Positions 24,236 to 35,674 of a stretch of DNA of 64,000 nt are shown piece after piece. The notes below the pieces were generated by a model. The model was given only the letters and a program-made list of their open reading frames with translations, did not search any database and was not told where the DNA came from. Within the stretch, counting starts at the first letter, position 1, and the number at the start of each line of letters is the position of its first letter. Source of the DNA: Patellaria atrata CBS 101060 (Eukaryota). The stretch lies in the NCBI GenBank assembly GCA_010093705.1, contig MU006100.1, forward strand, positions 594,745-658,744, written 5' to 3'. The position numbers were made by a program, and so were the translations under genes.

Positions 24236-26204
24236 ATGGATATCACAAGCTTCGTGACAGCTCAAAGAGACGCTGCCCTCTTGATTGGCGACTATAACAC
24301 ATACCGAGAAAAACTATCCCGCCGAATTTTGACAATCAGAAAGAGATTAGGACGGACAACTCCAAAAAGCGGAAAGTACACCACAAAAGCTCCAATAACT
24401 GCGGAGAATATCGGAAGCAATCATGAGTAATATATCATTTCTGGTAAAAGAGAGATTGATCTAACATGTACCGTACAGATACCTCCATCTGCTCCTCCTT
24501 ACTGCCGAACGAGCCTGGGCGAACGCGATGCAGATGAAATCAGCACATGCAGAAGAAAATGCAGAGAAAGGGATCACGGGGTCTACCCGCAGTCATATAA
24601 TTTCTCGTCTGAACAAAGCTGCGAGGATAGCAAAAGAGTTGGTTGTATTGCTTCAGGACAAGGGAGCATCAAGGGCGACTGATATTGATATCCTCGAAGG
24701 CCAAGCCTACGCATACTCCCTTTCCGGGTCAGAAGAGTTTGAGAAACAATCTGAGGGGGTTAGATCAAGGAATGCTCAGGTTCAAACGAAGAAGTGGGAA
24801 CCATGTCTGAAGTACTTCGCCGTCGCCCGCATCATCTATAATTCGTTACTTCTGCACACGAAAAAAGATGTTTTCAAGGAGGTAATAGTAGGGACGACTG
24901 ACCCTAGTATACGATATGGAGCCTACCAAGCACATCTTCCGCGTACCGTAGCTGTGTCCACGGTGGCTAAACAATTCTTCCCGAAAGAAAACGTCGAGTT
25001 AGTGAAAGCGGTTGAGGATTTAGATCCCTCCGCATTAAGCAGCGATAAAGAGACTACATCTACCAAGGGCACAACGGTCGAAAGCATCCCTAACACTATT
25101 ACTTGGCGTAGCCGGACCGCTAATATCGCTGATGCCGCGATCGGACAAGCTCTTGCATCTGTTGAAGTGGCAGAAGCTAAACTCTCCTCCTTCCTCACCT
25201 CGGCAGACCCTAGCACCACCTCCAAAGAAAGAGCAGCAGCATACGATGATATTCTCATCGCAAGCCAGGACGCCGCCGACGGGACGCGCCACGCAATCGA
25301 AGAGTTAGAGAAAGAAGGCATAAACGAAGGCGACCCGCGCATGCAAGACCTCCGAGTCACGAGTCTCGCAGTAAACTACGCGCAGATCAGCTGGAGAGTT
25401 GGCCGCAACCGTGTCCTCATCGGCGAAGATGATGGCGCCGACCTAAAAGGCGAAAGACCACGGAAGCCGAAGCGACCGCGCAAGGACGGAAAAGAGTGGG
25501 TAGAGAAAGAAGAAGGAAACGGACGGAAGCTAGCGAGGTTGCGGGAACGAGTCGTACTCTACGACGCCATCCTGCAGAGCATCGACTCAATCAAAGAACT
25601 CAGGGGTGCGGTGCGCGACGAAGCATTCGTGCGGGAACTCGACGGAAAGAGAGCGTATTTCCAGGCTTTGAAGTGCCTCAATATAGCTTACTCCCATGCC
25701 CTCCTCTCCTCTCCCACCAACGCCCTCGCCCTCCTCTCTCGCTCCCACACCCTCGCTACCAACGCTTCCGACCTGCTCAGATCCTCCTCGCCAGCATCAA
25801 CTTCCACCCCGCCTCGCTTAGACCTCTCCTCCACCTCCGTCTCCTCACTCCAAGACCGTCTCACCCGTCTCCTCTACCAATACCGCGGCATCGTAACCCT
25901 TTCCCTGCCCACAAAAACCACCACCACTTCCTCAACCCCTGCCGCCACGGCTCCGCTCGTCGAGAATCTCATGGCCTATCCCGAACCGGGGAAGTTGGTC
26001 GATCTGAAGAATCTGGTGCAATACCCGCCCAAGCTGCAGCCGGTGATGGTGAAGCCGCTGTTCTTCGATGTCGCGTGGAATTATATCGAGTATCCCGGAC
26101 GTTCTACGCGTGGGAAGGCGGGTGTGCAGGAGGAGAAGGAGGAGGAGAGTGAGGAGAGGAGGGAGACACCGAAGAAGAAGGGGTGGTTTGGCTTTGGAAG
26201 GTAG
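24236..26204 (+). CDS. SRP68: Signal recognition particle subunit SRP68
   Basis: MDITSFV..RDAALLIGDYNTYR. Intron 24427-24478, then YLHLLLLTAERAWANAM. Also TITWRSR, YPPKLQPVMVKPLFFDVAWNYIEYP and a KKGWFGFGR end. Confidence 0.93.
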
Positions 26205-26825
26205 TAGGAAGAAGTGGTTGAGAGGGGAGCTTTTGTAAGGGCAGTGATAAAGGTGTTTGACAGTTGATGGTGGTCATTTGACTCACGTATGAGATGGGAA
26301 TTACTGGAAATGAGGCGCTATTAGACGCCATTTTGGTATGGAATAACAATAGTTGTCAAGTACAGGATCCTCTGATAACTGGTCTTGGTCCACCAAATGG
26401 AAGCACTTGATAGACAAAGATTATAGATGAGAGAGCCCGACGTTGTGGTGTCATTGCCCCTGGCTCAATACCTCGACTATCTTTATAACCGCTACAGTGA
26501 TGTTCATAGGGGGTTATGTTAGTCCACACGAATTTACCACAGGTAGCTTTACGAGGTCAGAAAATTGAGCAGTAGCAGAGTCGACGAAGAACAATTCAAT
26601 TGCTCACGCAGAAAGCATCTCAGAGAGTATCTATGCCGGAATTGAGATTTGTGCTACATACACGTCTTCCAACGAGAAAGATCATGGGACAACTTCGACC
26701 AGAGATAACAGAGAGTATAAAACCCAAGAGTAGAGATCCACAACGCAGGAATGAATCGCAAGACCGCGAAGACCACGAATGAAACAAACTGAACCAAGAA
26801 TCTAAGTCGCTATAAGAGTCCTACT

Positions 26826-27944
26826 CTATTTCTTCGGGTACTTATGCTTAAAGAGGTATCTGTAAGAGTAATTAGTGATCGTTCTCAGATAGTTTAGAGC
26901 GAATTGGATAACTTACTGGCTGAAGTAATAGTCACCAGCAGCAAACAAACCAATAAAGCCTGCCCACGCTCCTGCAACCTTCCACGTCAACTCCCCAGCT
27001 GCATACTTCCTGTACGCTCCGAATCCTATGACACCCGCGATCGCAGTAGCCACCACCGCATTACCAATGATGACTGGGTTATCGCTGTTCTCTTGGAGAG
27101 TCCTCTTCTCCTTCTTAGCTTTCTCCTTCGCAGATTCCTTTGCTTGTTTAGCCTTGGCTTCAGCGTTATAGGCCTTTTGCTGGGCTTCCCGCTCAAGACG
27201 CTCAGCTTGCGTGTCGGTCTTCACGGACTGCGATTCGTAATCTGATGGTACAGAGGAAACGTGGGGGCTGTCGACGTCGACAAGGGAGGAAACGGATTCC
27301 TCGGTGCGCTCGACTTGTGGCATGGCAGGGGCCCGTCTACGGTAGAAGTTAGTTGCCGAGGTTTGCAGCAGAGCCGTGACAATTTGATTTGATAAAGTAC
27401 ATGGACGGGAACAACGTAATGATGGTCTGGAGAACGATGAGGAGTATTTGTAGTAGTCTTTTACAGCCATTTTTGAGGTGCTCATTAATCATATCGCGCG
27501 CTTCTAGTATGATGTGCATAGAAGTTGTGTAATAACAGAAGATCAACTGTGAAATTCAATGCTCGGAAAGAGATACTTGTGCGTAGCTGACGTCCCGCTG
27601 ATGAGATAACAAGTATGGAAGCTGCACAGGAGGGAACAGCATAGGTGTTGGCGCATGCTCCATGAGTCTTTTTAGATATGGTGAACATTCTTCCCAACGG
27701 TTCAACAAATACGGAAGTCGCACTATGGAATCTTATCGGCTCCGGATCACGCTGCTTCTTTATGGAAACCTCATAGTGGGGATTGTACGATACTGGTGCG
27801 CACTGAGAGGAGAGGGAAATAGGAATATAACTCACGCCTATACAAAGTTAGCACCTTACTCTTCATCTACCCATGATCAGAAAGACCTACTTCTTCAGGC
27901 GACTGCTTCGGACCACTGGAAGCTACATCTGCGTACGATGCCAT
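26826..27944 (-). CDS. Mitochondrial outer membrane protein OM14-like (4 exons including a 2-nt micro-exon)
   Basis: Exon 1 27944-27891 (MASYADVASSGPKQSPEE), micro-exon GC 27837-27836, exon 3 from 27336 (RAPAMP...SLVDVDSPHVSSVPSD...VKTDTQAERLERE...NPVIIGNAV), last exon YLFKHKYPKK* ending at 26826. Confidence 0.8.
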
Positions 27945-28553
27945 CTTTAAACTTTTTGTGGTCTAGAGTCAAAGATAAAGCTGCGGACAAGACGATGGTA
28001 TGCTCTTGTTACAGAGGATGAGAGGGGCAACAGGAGGTGTAGAAACTGTAGTAGATGGGTGAAGCTTTCAAGAAGAGATGTTCGTGTGACTGGTGCGGGA
28101 GAAGTAGGATGGAGAGAGCTTGTCACTTGTCCTTGGTTCACATGTTGGATGAGACGAGGTTAGAGCAAGCTACGGCCGTCCGAAGAGACACACTTGGCTG
28201 ATACGTCATTCTTGGTGCACAATAAAACAGCATACAAAACAATCAGAAGTTTTATATGCACGTTAGTTTTGTTCAAGGTATCAGATAGTTAGAATCGTCA
28301 TTTATATTAGATCTTAAGACTTATATTCTTTGTACATTTTCACTCCAGATTGGAGAGTATGCCCTTATCGACAAGAACGATAAATTCCCCTCCACTGAGT
28401 CCAGCCTTTAATATACATATGTTACAAGGTGCGCACTAACGGCAGCTTCAGAAGTCCAAATAGTTCCCAATTCACCCCTTCAGCGCCCATGAATGCAGTC
28501 CGTGATAAATCTTGTCAGATACATTTCCCTGAACCAACGTCCTGTCTAGAGGC

Positions 28554-29625
28554 CTAATGGTCGGACTTCGAGCTCGGTGCGGCATCCGACGCGTCATATG
28601 ATTTCTTAGGAACCACCGAATCGGCCACAGGCATTTCGTGATGCCTTGCTCTAACATTTTGCGCCGGTACATCTGCCAGAGCTGAGTCCTCAGTGTGTTC
28701 GTTGTTGACATCCGAGACATGTTTCTCCGCAGAATCCCTTGCTGATGTTGCTGGTTGAGAAGATGAAGCTGTCACCTCTTCCGGTTGACCCCCTTCCGGA
28801 TGCCCCGTTACATCGAATTCATCCTCCCCTTCTGAATCATCGTCATCCAGCTCCGCACCATAGATATCAGGGTATTGTCTAAAGCATTCCTGCATACCCC
28901 TATATATTGCAGTCAGCATTTGTTTATAGTTAATTATACTTGCTTTCCAAGCTGAACAACATACTTGAATTTATCAATGCAATCCATCCCCTTCGGATCC
29001 TCCGTTGAGAATACGAAGCAGCTAAATGCCGTCTTAAACTCTTCTCCACAGGGTCCATTCGCCATGCCTCCAAGGCAAGGACAGTCCCAATTAATCTCGC
29101 CCGTCTCAGGGTTGAAAGCGCCTTGTTGACCTGCCTCCTCTTCCAACGCCTCGGGACTGCCTGACTCGGGATTACTAGGCTCATGTGTCGTCTCTAGACT
29201 AGGTTCCGCAAGTGCCGATCGTTCCGAGTTTGTAGAGTCAGGGCTCGTTGGAGTAGATTTCGATTGCTTGGCTATCCTTTCGTGTCGCTGAGCGGCAATT
29301 GCGTCGACGGTGGGAAGTTGTTGGACTTCTGCTTCAGTCTCAGGAACGCGGTGGATGTCTTGTATAATAGTCAACTCTACGCCCAAACAAGAATGAAGAG
29401 TATGTTCTCACAAGCTGGCTCCTCTGCAAACACATTGGTCGTATTATACCAGTATACCGCGCCAACAGCTAACCCCCATCTTAAAACCGAGCTCTTCCAA
29501 CTCCGCGATTTATCGACCGGGGAAGCTGAAGTTAAATATCTCCTGGGGGTGGCGCGAGCTGCGAAGCGGGTTGTGGAGGGTGCTGCTGCGGCGCGGAGTC
29601 CGTTTTTAGACGCTATACGAAACAT
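28554..29625 (-). CDS. MIA40: Mitochondrial intermembrane-space import oxidoreductase Mia40
   Basis: Presequence-like N-terminus plus TM segment. [33 protein letters not shown]...[19 protein letters not shown] gives CPC plus twin CX9C. Two introns. Confidence 0.95.
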
Positions 29626-31250
29626 TATAGAGGTAAAGAAAAGAAACCGTGAATTAAAAGAGGTTGATGGAAAAGACTGTTGTGATGATGGTTTGGATCC
29701 GTAATTCAATGGCAATGTCACGATTATTTCGCGGGATTTGTAAGCCAGCAAGGGGAACCGATAGCAGCTATCCGTGACTGCAATCCGAACCGAGACCGGG
29801 AGTCTTCTATAACCTCACTCTCGCTTTGTTCACACGAAATGGAAACATATAATTCTCGGCTGTTGATAAAGCATTAATTTCTGCTAAGCAGCTTGGTTCT
29901 ATATTATATGTACAAATTTCTGCTCCAGCACTCGTCAGAATTTGCTCAAGCTGTCAATCCATTATTTTACCTATTTGACGAACCTGTACCATGACTTTTA
30001 CAACTACAAGTTCTCCATTATCCCTATAAGAAAACTAGGGCGATTCAACAAATATGTCTCCTAGCTTTGTATCACGTTTCTCACTTCTCGTGCTGTAATA
30101 TTCTATACACTCTGTAGTGTATAGTCAAAGACAAATCATGGTATTTGCCAGTTCTGTACAATACAGTTAGGAGAACCTTTCCCATCACCCACTTTTCGCT
30201 TGACCTATACACTACGAAGAAGGGCGAGATATCATTCAAGAAAAGTCAAATTTACACCTCTCCAACAAAAAGTCCTAAATTCGCCTTCCCATATTATTCA
30301 AAGACTTTCGTACAGCAGTTGAGTAATATGTTACACTCAATTCCAGCTATCCAACGGTACGTCACCAAATTATGTCCATCCGTCAGAGAGAGAAATGGCA
30401 CTCCGGCAATTCTGTACGCTAGCTGTACAAACAACACATCCTCTGCAATTGCCCTGTTAATCAAGTTCCAAACAATCGATACAAATTAGTTGGAACCTTT
30501 CATTGAGCACCCGTATGCCGAATCATTTTTTGATGATGTGGCAGAGATAGGCGCGTTATATGCTTCTCTATTCCCTCCGTTTCATTTTTTCGGTGGATAA
30601 AAGGTCAGTTCACCAAAAAGAAGCCTGGTCTCATAGATGCGATCTTCTTCCAAACAGTCATGGATCCCCATTCTAGCAGGTTTTTCCTATACAATATGAG
30701 GTGCTTCGCCTTCTTGGTACAATTGTCACCAGACCTGTCATTTGCCAAAAGTCAATCCGTACATCTCCATTATATCTGTTGACGCCAAATATCACCTAGG
30801 TGCTATTGTTATTTACAATAGTACAACTCTTTGATCAAGTCATGGATATTACCCCCATTATAGTAGAATGTCTCTCACTTACTATCATCTATTTTCCACC
30901 AAACTATAAACCGTCCTCCAACCCACGATTTCTTTGTCTCTTTCTTTCTAATCATCGCAATTTTTGATCCTCCTTGCTAATAATATTATTGTCATCTTTC
31001 TCAACAATCAACACAAGGCAAGCGCCCCCCTTCTACAATTAGAACAAAGACAACCAATACACGTCTTATCACTCCCGCAATCCCACTGATTGTGTACCAT
31101 TTCCACATTACACCACATCGTCTCATCCGCCTGAGCTCACCGGTTGAGCTCGTTTCTTACAGAACATCAATCACTCCCGTCCATCCTTACACAGTACGAA
31201 CTACTCATATCCACTCCCCGAACATCATTATATCGACCCCCTACCCCAAA

Positions 31251-32344
31251 ATGCCACCCCACACTAGAGCGATGGCCGGTACCAGCGCCGATCCTGACCC
31301 ACAAAACCAACCCCACATCATGGACGAAACGAACACCCACATCCAAACCCAAGACCCTTTCCACGACCAAGATGACGAAACCCTACCCAACGAAGACCTA
31401 ACCCCCTCAATGCTCGCCGGGACCCGAACCGACGGCATCACCCCAAAAATCCAGTGCGTCCACCCCATCAATCCCTATCACCAAACCCCAACGAACTAAC
31501 GCACTGCAAATCAGGAACGTAGTAGCAACCGTCAACCTAAACTGCAGACTCGACCTCGTCCTCATCGCCCAGCAAGCCCGCAACGCAGAATACCAACCCA
31601 AGCGCTTCGCAGCAGTCATAATGCGGATCCGACAGCCGGCCACGACGGCGCTGATATTCGCGAGTGGTTAGTTGTCCCCATTCCCCACTTCCCCTCTTCT
31701 CCCGTTCTCGTCCTTTTGTCCCTAACCTTACCGTATCCCTTCTTCTTCCACATGCCCTTCCCAATCCCATATACCCCATTTTTGTCCCCCGGCATGGTCA
31801 AGCCAAACTGACACCCCCACCCCTCAATAGGCAAAATGGTCGTCACCGGCGCGAAATCCATCGCAGACTCCAAACTCGCCTCCCGCAAATTCGCCCGGAC
31901 GCTCCAGAAACTGGGCTACCGGCCCTCCTTCACCGAGTACAAAGTGCAGAACATCGTCGGCGCCGCCGACGTCCGGTTCGACGTGCGGCTCGAGGGGCTC
32001 GCGCGCGAACACGGCCAATTCGCCGGTTACGAACCCGAGCTCTTTCCGGGTCTGGTGTATCGGATGTGAGGTATTTATATATATATATTTCCTTTTCTAG
32101 ACTACCCGATCCCCCCAAACCTTGGTAAAGGCCTGTGGGGGATATGTGGGATATGTGCTAATTGTTCGATAGGATGAAGCCGAAAGTCGTCCTCTTGATT
32201 TTCGTGTCCGGGAAAGTGAACCTCACGGGCGCGAAGACGAAGGCGGAGCTCTTCCGCGCCTTTGAACTGATATACCCCGTGCTTAAGGGGTTGAGATTTA
32301 AGAGACCTGAGATTGAAAAGGCGAAGAGAAAGGGGCGGGTTTGA
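31251..32344 (+). CDS. tbp: TATA-box-binding protein family member, unusually divergent (possible TBP paralog)
   Basis: Introns 31454-31514, 31667-31830 and 32066-32172 give a complete two-repeat TBP core: QNVVATVNL...[28 protein letters not shown]...QNIVG...[32 protein letters not shown]. Confidence 0.92.
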
Positions 32345-32723
32345 CGTATGGGGTTCTCCAAGTACGAGATATGGATGACTGTGACGGTATTAGCGAGCAT
32401 TGGATCAGTTGGTTACGCATAGTCCACGGGTGTTAGATTTAGTTTATTCGAGCGTTTGATTGTAGGATGTTATAGGGATTTTTAAAATTTGAGATGTCCT
32501 ATGCATATAACTTTTCAGTGAATATGAGCACATACGAGCTCTAACCGCAGATTGATACTGTTGGGGACTTTTGATTGATTGGATTGCTCTCTATCCGAAT
32601 ATGACAATGCTCCGGCGTCTTACCCAGAGACGAACATTCCGACCCCTATCCAAATCAGCCCTCATACTATCGTGCGTCTGCGGCAACATGTCCTGAAGAA
32701 TATGCCCCGCGATTAAACACCCC

Positions 32724-32823
32724 NNNNNNNNNNNNNNNNNNNNNNNNNNNNNNNNNNNNNNNNNNNNNNNNNNNNNNNNNNNNNNNNNNNNNNNNNNNNN
32801 NNNNNNNNNNNNNNNNNNNNNNN
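32724..32823. other. Assembly gap (100 N)
   Basis: Run of N. Confidence 1.
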
Positions 32824-33502
32824 CGAATCGAAAGATCCACGTGAACTCGAATATTGTCATCATCGGAATCCGCGCGAGAAACTGTATCGCAAGACAGTGA
32901 ACAAAGGTGACAGCAAAGGCACGGACAAAGAGGGTAAAGGAGTAAGCGAGCAACACCGCAGACCAACAGGTAGGTAGACGTCTAGCCAAGCCATCGGAAG
33001 AAAGAGAAGATACTAAAGATATGTGAGATGTGAGAAAGAAAAAAAAAAAAAAAGAGGAGAGCATCATAGCATACATCCGGCCGCCTCCCCTGACCCTAAT
33101 GTTAAGAACTGAAGAAAGAAGGAACTTAACTGGATTACATGTTGTTGTAGAGGTAAACTGATGGAGAAAGCGTCATACCTGAGACGAATCCACCACCTTG
33201 GACTTTTTTGCCTGACTTGAGACGAATCGAAAAAAGATATGAAAGACTCCCCTGCATGAGTAAAAAGTTTGAAGCCCCGGTAATTGCTCCTATTAACACC
33301 GTGACTCCAATGCTTGCTATAGACGAAGCGACCTCATGTCCAACCGTGGTAGCATGGTTAATGATATCAAAGAATAATTTAATAAGTTTCGTAAGGAAGA
33401 TGTTGATGTGGGCGAGTAATTGAGTTGGCTTGGAGAGGTGCAGTGGTGATGGTTATGCACATAGACTACGTTTTGGAGTTAGGCGACGTGATTGGTTGGC
33501 GT

Positions 33503-34835
33503 TTATAAGATGCCAGAATCTTTTAGAGCGTTTTGTAGGATTGTTTCCTTAACGGCGGCGAATACGAGACGGATGTTTGAAGTATCGGTAGCTTGCGTAA
33601 GACTTTACGGGGGTTTAGTGAACTATATCTCCGATGGGGTAACAACAAAACTTACTGGGGATATAGATTGAGATGCGCTCTGTTAACTTGGTTAAACCGC
33701 CAAAGTAGGTATTTGGCTGCTCGATTTACGTCGTTTCCGCCTGAATAGTCTGGGAAATAGTTCCCTAATGGTGATCTTGCTAGTTTTGCTTTGAATAGAT
33801 CGACCTTGTTCAAAAACAGAATGATACTAGTCCTCATAAACCATCGTGAATTGACAACAGAGTCGAATAATACTAGACTCTCCATCATGCGGTTCTAGGT
33901 TCTGATTAGAGGGCTGGGCGGCACGTGACGCGTGATGGGACGAATTACCTGACTACTCTCTTCCAAAAGGACCTGATCGTACTCGCTGAGTGCAACACAA
34001 AAGATGATCGATGTCACATTTTCGAAACAGTGTATCCATTTTTTCCGCTCACTTCGTTGTCCACCAACGTCGAACATACTGTGTTTGATTAGGAAAGTTG
34101 AGACGATATCATGCACCCGCAACTTACTGTATGCTTAACTGACCCATAGTGAAGCGGGTCTCGTAAATTCCCGTTGTCTTTGTTCTAGCGCGAAGTACAT
34201 CTGCTTCCTCGGGAATATATTCAGGTGCCGCAATTCGGTTGACTTCATCAAAGAAACTATAGATGAGTTAGCATCATATTAGCGTCCGCAAACATTGATG
34301 AATATTTACTATGGTGCTGAATCCATCAAGTAGAATTCGCTTGAGTGTTCCAGAACTTTGGGGACACACGAGTCGTGCCACAAAGAACTGACTGCCAATC
34401 CGACTTTAGATTCCAATGGCTTTTCCGGATCCGGATCGACGGTGTAATCCATGAGATATTCGCAGAAGGCTTCGTTGCCCTCATTTTCAGGCTCAATATC
34501 GAATTGCCGCATCGCTCCGATCAATGATTTCGCGCAATCGATGACGTTCTTGAATATTGTAAGCCGATACATGGTAAGCTCGTCCCTTGTGTAACCATTT
34601 TGATGAATGATTTTCATCTGCTTCACGATTGTGGATTTACCGCTCTCTCCGGAGCCTATAAGTCATTAGTATATGTCCAGTGATTCACTAAACCAACGGG
34701 TTGGGACGTGCCTAGTAGTAGTATCTTGCATTCTCGTCGTAATCGTCGCGAATCTTCCTCCAACTTCCTGTCGATGGCCTGGCTTCTTTTCTTTTGCTCT
34801 GCTTCATCATTGTTTGTGCTCATGCAAGCACCCAT
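33503..34835 (-). CDS. gna-3: Heterotrimeric G-protein alpha subunit, fungal class III (GNA-3/GanB/MagA type)
   Basis: MGACMS start, [10 protein letters not shown]-loop, [29 protein letters not shown] and KDSGIL* end. Multiple introns. Confidence 0.95.
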
Positions 34836-35574
34836 CTTGAATGATTGTCACCCCGAGCTCCTGCAACCGGGGAGCGGTTATGTATAGAAGGAGCGGCCAA
34901 TGCCAGCTGTCTTCGTCGCGAGGCTGGATCAGCTGGCTCTACTATGAAGCGCGGACTCACGGACGAGTGCTGTCAGTGAGTTGGAACGATAACGGCGATG
35001 TGGAGGATGCGGAAGAGGTCGGTATCGGATTGTCGGTGGTGACTGAAATGGGGAAGAGATGATGTCGACAAAGGACAACTGGTGCTGTCGTTGCACATAA
35101 GCCAAGGTGCGACGGCCTCTCAAAGTAAGGTACTTGAGTATAGGAAAGTATATTCGAGCTCATGCAAAGAGCAGAGTATCTTAAGGACTACCCCTCGGAG
35201 GATCAGAGGTTTGGGAGAAGGCTGCGTCGAGATGGGATGTCCAGGCGGTGATGTGCAGTAGTGGTCCCTGTTCGTTTCGCGTCGGTGTGGCCTATGCGCT
35301 GCCTTGCAAAAGCTCAGTTCAAGTCGGTATCCTGGACTCGCGGGTCGTTGTAGCTTTGTTGAGGCTCAAAGGAGGGAGTTGCGATGGTTCTGGTTCATCA
35401 AGAAATACGGACAATGGTCTGACAATGATGCAGCGGGAAGAGCAGCGTGGGCAGGATGCAAGAGATCTGGGGTTGAAGAGGAGTTGTGATGAAGGAACCG
35501 GATTGTTTCTCTTCAGGTCGCGGAGGAGCACCCCAAAGCCCAGACGAAAGCCACTGCAGATGCACCGGGGGGAA

Positions 35575-35674
35575 NNNNNNNNNNNNNNNNNNNNNNNNNN
35601 NNNNNNNNNNNNNNNNNNNNNNNNNNNNNNNNNNNNNNNNNNNNNNNNNNNNNNNNNNNNNNNNNNNNNNNNNN
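35575..35674. other. Assembly gap (100 N)
   Basis: Run of N. Confidence 1.

Noticed and set aside
32591..33076. ORFs spanning N gaps (also 35248-35733 and 38174-38356)
   Set aside because: These are artefacts of translating through assembly gaps in UTR or intergenic sequence.
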